Assembly (NCBI RefSeq): GCF_018350175.1
Contig: NC_058371.1
Location: 198,772,001-198,836,000, forward strand
DNA: 64,000 nt
Direction: 5' to 3'
DNA from: Felis catus
Lineage: Eukaryota
The translations under genes and the position numbers were made by a program. Within the stretch, counting starts at the first letter, position 1, and each line of letters begins with the position of its first letter. Below the pieces are notes generated by a model. The model saw only the letters and a program-made list of their open reading frames with translations. It was not told where the DNA came from and did no database searches. Of this stretch, positions 36,213-49,844 are shown piece by piece.

Positions 36213-38134
36213 TCCATCCATGGACACTTAGGTTGCTTCCACGTCTTGGCTGCCGTGGATAAGGCGGATATGAAAACGGTGTATTCGTACCGACTGTTTG
36301 AGTCCGTGCTTTCACTTCTTTAGGGTATATACCCAGAAACAGAATTGCTGGATCACATAGTAATTCTGGTTTTAACTGGCGGAGGAGATGCCATACTGTC
36401 CTCCAGAGTGGCCGCACCGGTTTGCTTTTCTACCAGTGCTCAAGGCTTCCTGTTTCTCTGCATCCTCTCTGGCACTTGCTGTCTCTTATCTTTTTTGTAA
36501 CAGCCATTCAAACAGGTGTGAGGGGTCGCTCCCTGTGGTTTTGATTCCCTGATGATCGATGTCGAGCGCCTTTTCACGGTCCTGTGGTCCATCCACAGGT
36601 CTCCTTTGGAAAAATGTCTGTTCGGATGCTCTGCCCATTTAAAAAGTTAGATTGTTTGGGTTTTGGCCATTAGATTGTAGGAGTTCTTACATATTTTGGA
36701 TTCTTGCCCCTTGTCAGATACATGACTTGTAAGTATTTTCTCCCACACAGGAGGTTGGCGTTTCCATTTTGTTGATGGTGTCCTTTGCTGTGCAGAAGCT
36801 TTTTGGTGTGATCTAGTCCCACTCATTTATTGTTGCCTGTGTTTGCCTTTGCTTTTGGGGTCAGATTTAAAAAATCATCGCCAAGACCAATGTCAAGGAG
36901 CCTTAACCTTCTAGGAGTTTTATGGTTACAGGTCATATGTCTTTAATTGCTTTTGAGTTAGTTTTTGCATATTATGTAAGAAAGCGGTCCAGTTGCATTC
37001 TTTTGCATGTGGCTTTCCAATTTTCCCAACACCATTTATTGAAGAGACTGTCCTTTCTCCGGTGTATGTTCTTGCCTCCTTTGTTGTCAGTCAGTTGACT
37101 ATGTGTGGGTTTATGTCTGGGTTCTCTGTTCTGTTTTTATGCCAGTACCGGACTGTTTTGACTGCTGTTGCCTTGTAATATAGTTTGAAACCAGGGAGCA
37201 GGATACGTCCAGATTTGTTCTTCTTTCTCAAGATTGCTTTGCTTATTCGGGGTCTTTTGTGGTCCCATCCAGATTTGAAGATTGTTCTATTTCTGTGAAA
37301 AATGCCACTGGGATGTTGACAGGGGATTGCACTGAATCTGTAGATTGCTCTGTGCAATTTGAACAATGTTGATTCTCCCCAACCACGAACACAGACTACC
37401 TTTCCATTATTTGTGTCTTTAGATTCTTTCATCAGCGTCTTAAAGTTTTCAAGGCACAGATCTTTCACCTCCTTGTTAAATCTATCCCAAGGTATTTGAT
37501 TCTTTTAAATGGAAATACAGATGAGATTGTTTTCTTTTTTAGGTAGTTTGCTATTTATGTATAGAAACACTACAGCTTTCTGTGTATTGATTTGTGTCCT
37601 ACAAATTTGTTGAATTGTTGATTCGTTCTGAGAGTGATTTGGTGGAGTCCTTAAGGTTTTGTATGTATAATGTCATGTCGTCATACAAAGGGTGACAGTT
37701 TTACTTCTTCCTTTCCAATTTGGGTGCCTTTTATTTTTCTCAGGTGCTGTGGTGAGGACTTCAATACTATGTTGAACAGAAGTGGTGAGAGTCAACATCC
37801 TTGTCTCGTTCCTGATCTTAGAGGGAAAGCTTTTAGCTTTATACCATTATGACGTTAGCTGTGGGCTTGTCCTGTGCGGCCTTTATTATGTTGAGGCGTG
37901 TTCCCTCTATACCGTGTTTTTTATCGTAAGTGGATATTGAATTTTGTCAAATGCTTTTTCTCCATCTGCTGAGATGATCATGTGTTTTTTATCCTTCGTT
38001 TTATTCATGTGATGTATCACGTCGTGGGTGCTGAAGGTGCCTGCCTCCCTGGAATCGGTGTACCCTCTTATGCTGTGTGATCCTTTTAATGCGTTATTGA
38101 ATTCAGTCTAATACTTTGTTGAGCAGATAATACT

Positions 38135-38577
38135 CTTTTTAAAAAATTTTTTTAATGTTTATTTTTGAGAGAGAGAGTAAGTGTGAGTTAGGGGCAGAGA
38201 GAGAGGGAGACAGAGAATCCGAAGCAGGCCCCAGGCTCTGAGCTATCAGCACGGAGCCCGACGCACGGCTCGAACTCATGAACCATGAGATCATGACCTG
38301 AGCCGAAGTCGGATGCTCAACCCGCTGAGCCACCCAGGTGCCCCGATTTTATTTTACTTTTTAAAGGGTTTGTTTGTTTGTTTATTTTATTTATCAGAGA
38401 GTGAGCATGAGTGCGGAAAGGGCAGGGAGCGAGGGAGGGAGAAATGGAAGCAGGCTCCACGCTGTCAGTACAGAGCCCAACATGGGGTTTGAACCCATGA
38501 ACTGTGAGATCGTGACCTGAGCTGAAGTCAAGACGCTCAACCGACTGAGCCCCCACCCCCCCTCCCCGGGCGCCCCG
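38135..38577 (-). mobile_element. Two head-to-tail Can-SINEs (38135-38344 and 38345-38577)
   Basis: Two consecutive reverse SINE bodies. Confidence 0.9.
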
Positions 38578-41203
38578 AGGAGGTAACATTCTAACAGGGC
38601 CTCTTAACCTCTTGTGTGCTGTGCTCTGGACTTCTTGGAACGATGTTTTCAAATGCCCAAAATAAAACACGAAGGCTTGTGAAGGAAGCCAGTTCTGTCA
38701 AACACAGCTCTTCTCACCGACCACCCTGGCAGAAGCAGCAGCTGCTCTCGACCTCGCGGAGCCCCCCGAGCTGCCCCCAGGGGCTGCCAGCAGATGGCTG
38801 GGTCCCGGGCAGGGCAGGTGCGGCTGAGCAGCAGCCTGGGTGAGCCTGGGGCGGGGGGTGGGGGGGCCCTCGGGAAGGACGGGGCGCGGGCGTGAGGGGG
38901 GCTCTGCGGCCTGGACCGTGAGCCGGGCCACCCGCGCGGGCGCGACGGTGGGGACGGGGGGCAGCGGCCAGGGCAGACACGTCCTTCCGCAGCGCCCGCC
39001 GTCCTCAGGAGCACCGTGCATGTCTGCAGCCCTCCCACCGGGCCTGGGAGCCGGGTCCTCTCGTTGCCCCTGGTGGGCAGGAGCCCGTCCCAGGTGTCGC
39101 CAGAGGCAAGGCGGCTCTTGCCAGAAAGCCTGGGTGTCCCGGCCGCCGCCCTCCCCCACCCCTCCCACCCACCCCCCCCACCCCCGCGCAGATCTGACCT
39201 CCTTCAGCTCCGCGCCCTGCCGCCTCTGGCCTCCCTGGGCCGTCTGGGGTCTGAGGCTGCGTTCTTGCCGTGTAGTGCAGTCACCACCGGAACCCAGTGG
39301 CCTTTCCCGCGGGCGCTTTGAGCCCTGAAGAACCTGTGACTTCATCTCCTGTCCCTGTGTCAGGCACGGGCTCCACGTGCAACACGGGCTGTCCAGGCAG
39401 GCGGAGGGCCTCTGACCCTTAGGGTGACAGCCCTGACGGTCCAGATGAGGGGGTCGCGAGGTCACGGGAAGGGAAGAAGGGACTTGGGGGGCAGAGAATG
39501 GGGACGGGTGGGACTTAGGGATAGGCAGGAAGGGCCTCAGGGAAGGGGATGCGGAGACTTCTTGGCTGCCTGGGGCTTGAGGGGCTGTTCCCTGGACAAG
39601 GGGACAAGTGTCCCGGCTGCAGTGAGTGGGAGGTGGGAGCGGTGGGGAGGCGGTGCCCGGTGGCCGGGGTGGGCGTGCGGGAGAAGGGAGAAGTCTGGGT
39701 GCCCCTGGGCCCCAGGGCGTGGCAGCTGCCTGGAGCGTGACGAGTGTCAGCACCGCGCCAGGAAGGCACAGTGGGCTGCACCCTTCACCTCCGTGCCGCC
39801 CAGCACTGGACTGGGCCGGGTCCGGCCAAGGCCGAGTTGCAGGCCCAGAAGGACTCTGAAGGCTGGGGGATGGAGAGCCCGGGAAGTGGAGGCAGGGCCC
39901 AGCGATAGGGAAACGCTCGCCGTGGTAGTTCCTACCGTTCCTCGTGGGCGTCTGTCCAGTTCATTCCTCCCTCGTATCCTCATGGCAACTGGGAGGTGGG
40001 GAAGTGTCGTCTTGTGTCACAGGCGAGGGGCCTGGGGACCAGAGAGGTTCAGGGGCTTCCGCGTGGCATGGCACAGCCCAGCGGTCAGACCAGGGCCGTG
40101 GTGCCTGGGGCGGGTGTAGGGGGCCGCACGGGGCTGGTGACTTAGGTTCACAGAGGGGCCAGTGTCCGTCTGTCCTCCAGGTGAGCGGGCAGCGCGTACC
40201 AACTTCCCCCACACATCCCGTGAGGCCCAGCGCCACCCTCCGCTTTCCCAGATGGAGAGCTCGTACGGTAACTGAGGCCCCGTGGTGTCGGGAGACGCGG
40301 GCACGGGTCCCCTGAGGCCAGGACAGGGCTCGCCCCTGGGCCTCTTGTGCAGCCTCAGGAAGCGGCACAGCTGTGCCCACCCTGCCCCCGGGGGGAGGGG
40401 GGCTGCTCTGTGCCAGCACCCAGGGCCGTGTGGCTCTGAACCTGTCCCCCTCCTCAGGAGCCTCAGAGCCCTCTGTAACCTGGTGGGGAGGGGCAGCCCG
40501 TCAGCAGGAAGGCTCCCGCTCCCCCGAGCTGACCGGCCGTGCCTTTGCACATCCTTTCAGCCTCTGGATGTGCTCTGCCCCTGCCAGGGGGCTCCCAGCA
40601 GCCAGGTGAGCACCTCCGGTGCCCGGACCTGGTGTCGCGTTGTCCCCTATGCCCTGAGTCCTCCCGCGGGGGCCGGATCGCCCGCTGTTCTGTCACACGT
40701 TGATCCGCAAATGTCAGAGGAGCACACGCTCCGTGACGGCGAGCACCACACCTGGGCTCGTGGGGACTGCCCTCTGGGGAGGGACACAATTAACCGAGCA
40801 TGCGGGAAACTTGAAGGCAGAGGTGATGGGGGCCCCCCGAGATCCTGTCTTTCCTGCCTAGCTGGTCCCAGCTCGAGAGGGCAGGGCTGGGGCCCCAGGT
40901 GCAGGAGACATCTGAACAGCCGGTGGCTGCCGCGTCACCTCAGTAACTGGCAGCAGGCAGAAAGTGTCCGTGACGCTTGATCATCCCTGTACCCGAGCTC
41001 TCCCCACAGGGCCTGGAATCCTAAAAACGGGTCACTTAAAATAACGGTGGCGTGTGGAGATCGTGAAAAACGCAGACGGTACCAAACGTCCAGTGGAACG
41101 TGATGCAGCTGAAGCCTTCCTGGGGCTTTTCCAGCTGCGTCCCTCCAGAGACCGTCTCTCGTCTGTCGGGCCGCCCCACACGTGGTCCTCGCAGCCACCC
41201 TGA

Positions 41204-41851
<648 letters not shown>

Positions 41852-43599
41852 TGACCTCTCGAGAGCCAGCGTGAAGGGAAAAGCTACCATTTCCAGGGGC
41901 CGGTGCTGCCGAAATCAAAGCCGGAGAAGCCCGTGCTGAGCACGTACACGGACAGGCTTGGTCTGTCGCGTCACTGGGTGGCTTTGCTTTGGGTCTCACG
42001 GCCGTGAGGGAGCAGAAGGCTCGCACGGGGCAGCAGGCTCAACAGACCTCCCGCTTCCCGGCATGTCGCCCGTGCGCAGTGCTCTGATCCTGCGGCCCTC
42101 CCCCGGCCGGCAGGTATGCATTTTGTGCTTGCCACGTACAGTGGCTGCCGCTGGTATTCCGGGTGCAGCACAGCCGGGGCCCATCGGGTAGAGACCCCCA
42201 CCTTTGGGAAGCTCCCTGCCCTCCTCAAAAGACGCGTGGAATCGGTTGTATTCTGAGTTAGGGTATGAGCCCTGGAAAACCAAAGAGCAAGGCAGGGTCG
42301 GGCGCTGCAGTTTCTAGAGGGGTGGTCAGGTTGCCTCTAGGAGGCCAGTGAGGGAGCTGCGTGGGGACCCGGGGAACCCCCCCACACCCCACCCTTTCAG
42401 CAGACCCATCCACACCCTGGGCCAGGCTATCTGGAGGCTCAGGAGGCACCACGGTTTAGAGGAGACCGGCCCAGAGGCCTTGGGGGGGCTTGGAGGAGGG
42501 CAGGGCTGGCCTTGACTGAGTACGTACATCAGCAGACTCCGGAGGCCGGCCGGGCCGGACCAGGTGGGCTAGGGGAGCGGCAAACACGGTTGATGGCAGA
42601 ACGCAGGCAGGGTCGGCCTGGAGGCAGCGGGGGATGAGCCAGCTGTGGCCAGTCTGTGCACCACCTCTGGTGCCAGGCAGAGGCCCCTGGAGTGGAGGGG
42701 GGTGGGGAGTGACAGGACGGCCACTCACACTCAGTGGCCCAGGGAGGCTGGAGCGTTGGCGAGATGGCCCAGGAGGCTGCCGCAGGGAGCCTGGGAAGAG
42801 ACTCGGCAGGGTGCTGGGGATGGAGAGGACACCCACATGACATAAGGCTGAAGAGTGACTTTGGGATGCAGGGGAGAGCCTGGTCCAGGGCTGGGTGACG
42901 CAGGGGGGCCGAGGTCATGGGGAGGAAGCAGAGCAGATGTGGGCACGGTGCCCTGACGGGACCCACGTCTGCAGAGGACAGCCTCCTGGGACTAGACGGG
43001 CTGCTCACAAAGAACAGGGGCCAGCGGCTCCATCAGGAGGACGCAGGGTCCGCGTCTTGGCTCTTTCTCTGGGCCCGGGGCACGCGTCCTGCACGGAAGA
43101 GGAGGGTGCAGCCTGAAGCTGCCCCGCCCTCCCTGCAAGGCCAAGTTCTGCTGGCACAGGCAGGTGGAGTCAGAGATGAAGGCTTGGTTCTGAGAGTCCT
43201 GGCAGGGAAGGGGGCAGGTGCCTGTGCGTTCAGAGGCCCGGACGGGTGATCCTGGTGCCCAGCTGGCACCAAGTGAGTGTTCTGTAGCTGCGTCCCTTGG
43301 GACTTGGGCATCTTCCCCCATCTAATTGGGGGCAGATGTCCTTCCTGGAAAACACAGCTGGAGGGCTGGAGAACTACTAGCCTGGGTCCAAGAGCCCTTG
43401 GCTGAAGCTGGAGCGGGGAGAAGTGCGATGCGTGCCGAAGTCCCCTCCCTGCCTTTCCGCCTGTTTTGCGATTGTACACGTCACACACAGACCTGACGGT
43501 TCACAGGGGTTTTCACACGGGGATTTCCGAATGCTCCCCCAAACCTGGGTAGGTACCAGTAGATCCCCGTTGTATCGGTGGTTAGATGCAGCACGGACA

Positions 43600-43880
43600 C
43601 GATCTTCCTTGTGCCCCAAGGTCACCCCCCATGGGTCCTTCGTACATATTTATTCAGTGCTTCCTGTGGGGAGCCCTGCTGGGTGCTAGGCGTGTGGTGC
43701 AGGACGGGAGGAGTCCAGGCCCTGCCCGTGGGGCCGGTGTTCCGGTGGGGAGACAAGTGGCAAGCAGACAGGCAGATACCCAGTGCCAGGCAGAGAGGCG
43801 GCCAGGGTGACTGCGCGTGCCCGGGGTCACCGCTTCCAGGTCACCTAGGGTGCAGACTGAGTGAGGAGTCCATTTTGCCC
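43600..43880. mobile_element. L2 fragment
   Basis: catatttattcagtgcttcctgtggggagccctgctgggtgctagg, L2-like. Confidence 0.5.
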
Positions 43881-44099
43881 GCGGTGGCGAGGGCCTGCTC
43901 CTGGGCTGAGGCCACAGACTGGGCTGGGTCCTGCTGACCCCAGAGCCGGAGGGGGGCCCGTGGGAAGGGCTGATGGGCACGGGTGCCGCAGAGGTCCTGG
44001 CACAAAGCAGAGGGCAGGCACCTGTGCTGCGGGTGAGGGGAGGCTCCTTGCGGCCAGGCCTCCCCGCCAGAGTGTCCCGTCCTGACGGGTGGGCAGGGG

Positions 44100-44350
44100 C
44101 GGGGGCGGGTGCTAAGTTCCTGCCTTTTTCTTGAAACCGTGAAGTCGTCATAGGAGTTTCACGGGAGGGTTTCCACGTACTGGGAAACTGCCCGGCCCTG
44201 CGTGTTGACGCAGACGGTCAGACACGCCCGTTCTCTCGGTGGAGTTCGTGCCCGAGGAACACTTGCCAGTGCTGACCGTGTCCCAGGGCTGGAACACGCT
44301 TCCTCGGATTACCTCGTTGGTGTGACGGTCATTTGCTTTCATGGCTGAGA
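44100..44350 (-). mobile_element. L1M fragment
   Basis: tgacggtcatttgctttcatggctg, an L1MB-like 3' end. Confidence 0.45.
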
Positions 44351-46244
44351 GATGAGGGGCAGGGCCCCCCTCAGGGGGACGTGTGGCTGTGATTCTGGCC
44401 TGATGGGGGCCGGGTCAGAACATACTGGGGAGCCCCTGGCCCCATGCAACTTCGCAACTGGGGTTCTCACCTGCCACCTGCCCACCGTGGTGCTTGCCCT
44501 GCATTTGCTTCCTGCGGCCCGCGTGCGGGCAGTGGCAGAACCGCCCTTCGTCCTGGCCTGGTGCCCCGAGGGCAGGGCCACTCTCTTAGGCCTGGAGGCC
44601 CTGTCCCGGACCGGAGTGGAGTCCCACACTGCCCGGCGGGTGCTGGCGAGTGGCAGGGGGAGAGGACGGAGCACAGGTGGCAGTGCGGCTGGTGGGGGGG
44701 GGGGGCCACCTGCCTTGCCGGACGGGGGCGGCTGCTTCCTGACACCCGGATGTGGGCGTGGGTGAGCGTGGACACATCCTGTCTTCTTGCCCGAGCTGCC
44801 CATCGCGGACCACAGTCCTCATGGCCACCCAGCATGCGGGGCCCCTTGGCCCCATCTCGTAGACGGGGGGCGCTGAGGCTCAGAGCGGGAGGAACTGCGG
44901 TGAACTTGGCCTGCAGCGTAGGCCGACTCTGAAGCCGCCGCCTGGCCCACCGCCAGGCTGGACAGGCAGAGCGGGGTGTGGGGCATGCCGCAGTCCTTTG
45001 TCCTTTCTCTTCTGGAAATGGTCCTCCGTGCTCCCGGAAGGTGGTTCTGATCCTTTGACCAGAGGAGGACTGTTCTCCGCTGGCGGGGCAGGACCGGGTT
45101 GAGGGGAGAGCATGCGTTCATTCCGTCCCCTTTCCGCTGTCCGCGGCGGTCACTCGTCTCTGGGTTACCCAACAGGGAAGTACCCACGGCACCCGCCTGG
45201 CATGCCAGGTCCGTCCTGGGGAACAGAGGCGTGTGGACGTGTCGTCCACCCCTGCGAGACCCCAGTGCTGTCTGTACCCCTTCGCTGTCTTCCCAGACCC
45301 AGCAGTGATGAAACGGTAGCTCGTGGGCCGGGCACCGGACCAGGCACGACAGCCTCCATCCGTCAGCAGCCACACCGAGGAGGCCCCGACCTCGCTCCGC
45401 TGAGGGGCCACACCCGCCACTTCTCGGTGTCAGAGGAGCACAGCCCGGGTCTCCTGAGTGAAGGCCCCGGGGAGGGGCACGGGGGCTAGTAGGTAGCGTA
45501 GGGCCCGTGGCCCGGGCTCTGGCGTGTTCCTTTCGGTGATCCTGGTGCCTGGCACAGCTCCTGACCCTGCTGGACAGCCCACCCGAGGGAGAGCCGACCC
45601 CCAGCCATCCTCGTCCTAGACACGAGGCCGGCATCCCAGGAGAGCCATCTGGGCGGAGAGGGACCCCGGTCACGAGCGGCCGCTACGTCTGAGCGGCGGG
45701 AGCTTTTCTGTGACGGGGGCGTCATCCCTGCTCTCTCTGCACAAGTCGTGTGCTCTGCCCTGTGTTGCTGTTTCTGGCACCGAGCAGGGGCCGGGCTGTG
45801 TGGAGCCGCCCACTGCGGAGGCCTCGGGGTTCAGAGGGCGACGTCACAGTGTGTCACTCGCCTGTGAAGGTGCCGAAGGCTGAGCCGGTAGGGCAGGCAG
45901 GGCGCGCGGGGAGCTGAGCCGCGTTCCCGAGGCCTGTGTGCGCCCGAGCTGGGGCTTGAGCTCTGGCTGAACCAGACACTGCCGGGGCTCCGGGAAAAGA
46001 ACGTTCTGCCCCGCCGGCCCTGGGGCAGACTGTTTCACTTCTCACTCTGCTCGACTCGGGCGTCCAGCGGGTCACCTGTTGGCGGCCTCCCACGGCGACA
46101 CCATGTGGGGCGCTGGGCACTCCGCTGTGCCTTTGCGTCTCCGGGTCTCACCTGCCCCGGCTGGAAAACGGGGCTAACGGCACCTGCCTCGCAGCGAGAG
46201 AACGTGCATGGGAAGCGCTTGGCCAGCTGTCAGGTGCAGAGAGA

Positions 46245-46280
46245 AGGTCGGGAGGAGGAAGCAGGTCGGGAGGAGGAAGC
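46245..46280. repeat. Perfect 18-bp tandem duplication
   Basis: aggtcgggaggaggaagc x2. Confidence 0.95.
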
Positions 46281-48109
46281 ATGGGTGGCGGAACCCCAGT
46301 CCCGTTTTCTCTGCTGCCGGGGAAGTGGCAGGTGGGCGTTGCGTCTGCGGGCAGATCTCAAGGAGCAGCCTTCTTCACCTGCCGTTGGGTTTTAGAGACC
46401 GAGGAAGAGCTGGGCCCTGGCCAGGGGGAGGCTCCCCTGGTGCATCCCGGGCCGGCACTCGTGTCTCCCAGCGCCCACGTCTGAGGTGCAGCAGCTGTGG
46501 CCGGCCGGCCTGGCGATGGCCCGAGGTGGCCAGAGGTGATGTCATCAAAGATCCTGTCACCTTCTCCGCTAGGCGCTTGCCCAGGAGAGGTGAACGGACG
46601 GTCTGCGCCGCTGGGCGTCTTGCGAAGCCCCAGGAGTTAACTGGTCAGAGTGCCGTGGATGGTGCCTGGGCTTCAGATGCGGGCGGTGCACCCGCCAGCG
46701 GGGCGGCCTTGGCCGAGACACCGCGTGCAGCATGCGGAGCCTCAGAATCGTCTGGGGAGGCTTAAGGATACAAAGGTGCTGAGTCAGACCCTTAGCGGTA
46801 GGCAGAGAGCCTGGGTCCTCAGACTCTTCCTGGTGAGTGTGGAAGTGGCCGAGGCCAGGCACCCGTCTTTGCTGTGGTCTCCCCTCACTGAGGAAGAGGC
46901 CGTGGCGTTCGTGTGTTGCTCTGGTTGCTCAGACACACAGGTAACGTGGCTTCCACGAGGCGGGAGGTCCGTCTCTCTCACGTGAAGGCTCCGGGCAGAA
47001 GGCGGGGGGGGGGGGGGGGGGGGGGGGGGAGGCAGTTCTGTGAGATCATCCTGGAGCCCCGATTCTGTCTTGTGTCTTGTGCTGCCCTGCCAGCCCCTCA
47101 GGGCATTCTCCGCCTCTGGGCAGTCGAAGCCAGCGAGAAAGGGCCGCGGGAGAGGTGGAGGGTGGGCGTCCACGCCCGTCCCTCTGGCCTGGCTGCCAGG
47201 AGCTGGGAAGCGTAGTTATTAGCTCAGCACCAAGCGCCTGCTTGACTCGGGAGAATGCGCCGTGGAAGCCGATCATCCGCAGCCCCGCCCACCTGGCTCG
47301 TGGGCCCGGTGAGCTGCACGTGTATGGTGTGCCCGGGCCACGTCAGCTGGGTCGGCTCCTGGACCCACCAGGAAAGGCAGCCTTGGGTGCAGGATCTCTC
47401 TGGGGTCCTGGACGTTTTACCAGCTGATGAGAGCTATGGACTGGACTCCCCCACCCCAGGCCCCCTCAGGGTTCCGTGGCCTGTAGGGATGAAGCCTCTT
47501 CCTTCGTGGACAGCTGCCTGGGATAGCCCACTCCCTTGGCCCCCCCCCCCCCAAAGTATTGCTGTCTGGGCTCCTGCTTTCTGGGTCACAAGGTCACACC
47601 AGCTCCCCGACGGGACTTCTAGCCCTTGTGTGGCCGTCTGACCCCGGTCATCCTTCCCAGTGCCCTCCTCACCCTGCTGGCCCTGTCCTGTGAGGCCCAT
47701 CTCCTCTGCCTCGAGGGCGTGCCCTCCTCCGACCCCCTCCTCTGGAGAAGGCCTACCAAAGATCCAGCTCCCAGGAGGTTTTCCTGACTTCCCTTCTTTT
47801 ACTATCTGTGTTTCCAGCAGACAGGTCCAAAGTATTTTCTAGTAGATGTAACGTAAATGACAACTAGTGGAAGATCTTTAGCGAAGCAGGACAGCTCATC
47901 GTGCCCCTGCAGCCCAAGCCCCGCTGCGTCACAGCCTCGCTAAAGATGTCTGTCCTGTCGCGGTGGGACCAGTGCAGGCAGTGGCTGGGCTGCGTTTCTC
48001 CTCTAAGCCCAGGGAAGGTCCCCGTAAACACCTGGGGGGTGTTCACCGGAGACCCTCCGGCATCCCCGCAGCATTGAGACGTGCGTCTCCACGGCCCCTT
48101 GTCTTTCAG

Positions 48110-48313
48110 AACACCCAGTGCATTCCAGAAGGCTTGGAGAGCTACTACGCGGAGCAAGACTCCAGTGCCCGGGAGAAGTTTTACACCGTCATCAACCACT
48201 ACAACCTGGCCAAGCAGAGCATCACACGCTCCGTCTCACCCTGGATGTCGGTTCTGTCGGAAGAGAAACTGTCCGAGCAGGAGACCGAAGCCGCTGACAA
48301 GTCAGCTCAGTGA
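48110..48313 (+). CDS. NSG1: NSG1 exon 5 coding part, [13 protein letters not shown]...EAADKSAQ*
   Basis: gtctttcag| acceptor at 48109. 67 codons plus TGA at 48311-48313. Matches the NSG1 C-terminus. Confidence 0.98.
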   Translation, partial: NTQCIPEGLESYYAEQDSSAREKFYTVINHYNLAKQSITRSVSPWMSVLSEEKLSEQETEAADKSAQ

Positions 48314-49580
48314 GACGGGCAGGTTCCTCACAATGTGTCACTCGAAGGTAACAAAGGGACTTGGAGGGACGTTTCGTTAAATATAATTACCGATAATTTA
48401 GAGGTTACTCATTTATGGTGCAACCGCTTCTGTTTGCTAATGCTGCTTTGCCAATAAAACTTGCTGCCGACCGCTCATGGGCATAAGATCAAGTGCACAT
48501 CAGCATTGCTTAAAGAGCTGTGACACCACGTTCCATGTTAAGGAATCTTAATTTAGCTGCTTTACTGGGATTTATGGGATGCCATCAGAAAGTAAATTTA
48601 CACTGGATATGCAAGGGGTTTGGATTCAGATAAATAATGCGTTTCGTGGAATCGCTTTTTTTTTATCGCCCTCCCCCTCCCCACCGCGCTGCTGTTTGCA
48701 AACCTTACTCCACAGCCATGTTTAGACGGGTCCCCACTTGGTTAAGAGCAAGCTGTACTTCAGATCTCTTCCCACCTTCAATCAGGCGGCAGCCGGGCCA
48801 TCGCCATGATGTGTGGCAGTGAGAGGTGCAGAGAAGGAAGGAAATGGGACGTCCGGTAGCGGGTGCGCCCTTCCCTTCCCCGCGCCCACTCCGAAGCGGC
48901 CGAGTGTCCGCAGGAGGGCCCGCTCGGGAGGCTCTATTCCGCCCCCTGGAGCTGGCTGGCACCTTGGTGCGGAGAGCACCGTGCTTCAGGCCGGCGCGTG
49001 TAGACCGGGTCCAGTGTCTCAGCACGTGTGGTGAGGGGCTGTGGGAGGACCCTGGGCCACGGGCCTGAGGAAGTCCGGGCCCCTGTAGGTAGTCCGTCTG
49101 CTCTGTGACGTGTTGAATAGGAGCGACACCCTTTGGTCTTTTTTGTTCTGTCCTGTTAATGAGTAAATTTGCACCAACAGCCCTGTTAGCGAGTTAGTTT
49201 TTAAGACCTTATTTGTGTTGGCAAAGTCAAAACGTAATTGCTGGGAAGCCAAGACTGATTTTTATTCTGTGAACTAGAAATCTTTTCATGTAAGAAGCAG
49301 GCAGGGGAGGCTGGGAGGGGCTGGCGTGGCAACTTGCAGATCCACTGAGGACATTTCAATTCACGATCTTTGTAAAGAAGTTACATTTCAAGCTGAATCT
49401 TGACATTAAAGGATATGTTTACAAAATTGCCAGTTAGCTAAGCTACGTGTGTAAAACCATTAAATGGAAACAAGGCATCCGCAAACATTTTCTTCCATGT
49501 TATCTGTGCTGTTTCTGGTGGACATGTCAGAAGTTTCACTGTTTTCAGTAGGTCAAAAATAAATGGCAATGAGTTTGAGA
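48314..49580 (+). other. NSG1: NSG1 3' UTR (end approximate)
   Basis: Follows the stop codon. AATAAA at 48453-48458 and 49558-49563, ATTAAA at 49405-49410 and 49459-49464. Confidence 0.65.
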
Positions 49581-49844
49581 TCTGTTGCAAACGAGCATGA
49601 TGGCCACGGCCAGCTCCATCACTGCTTTCTGAAATATGCTTCCAGAACCGGATGTTATTATGGAGGGTGTTTCGCAACCATGACCGTGGCCTTGGAGCCG
49701 GGGCGCGTGTTCTAGAGCCGCGTGCTGTGAGGGTGTGATGTGAGCACGCACGAGAAGCACTGACTACGTGCCAAACTCTCCCACACAGATACATCTATGA
49801 AAGCTCTAGCCCACGTAAACGCACTGCTAAGGCATCACCCCTTT

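Larger units (their letters stand above)
35450..38130 (-). mobile_element. L1 (3' UTR and ORF2 C-terminal part) in NSG1 intron 3
   Basis: ORF 37091-37468 reads as decayed ORF2 (KTLMKE...[33 protein letters not shown]). Contains a SINE and an N gap. Confidence 0.9.

Noticed and set aside
37091-37468. 125-aa ORF resembling a protein
   Set aside because: It is a decayed L1 ORF2 fragment, not a host gene.
47223-47238. RE1-like TCAGCACCAAGCGCC (also a half-site at 39747)
   Set aside because: It lacks the GGACAG right half-site.
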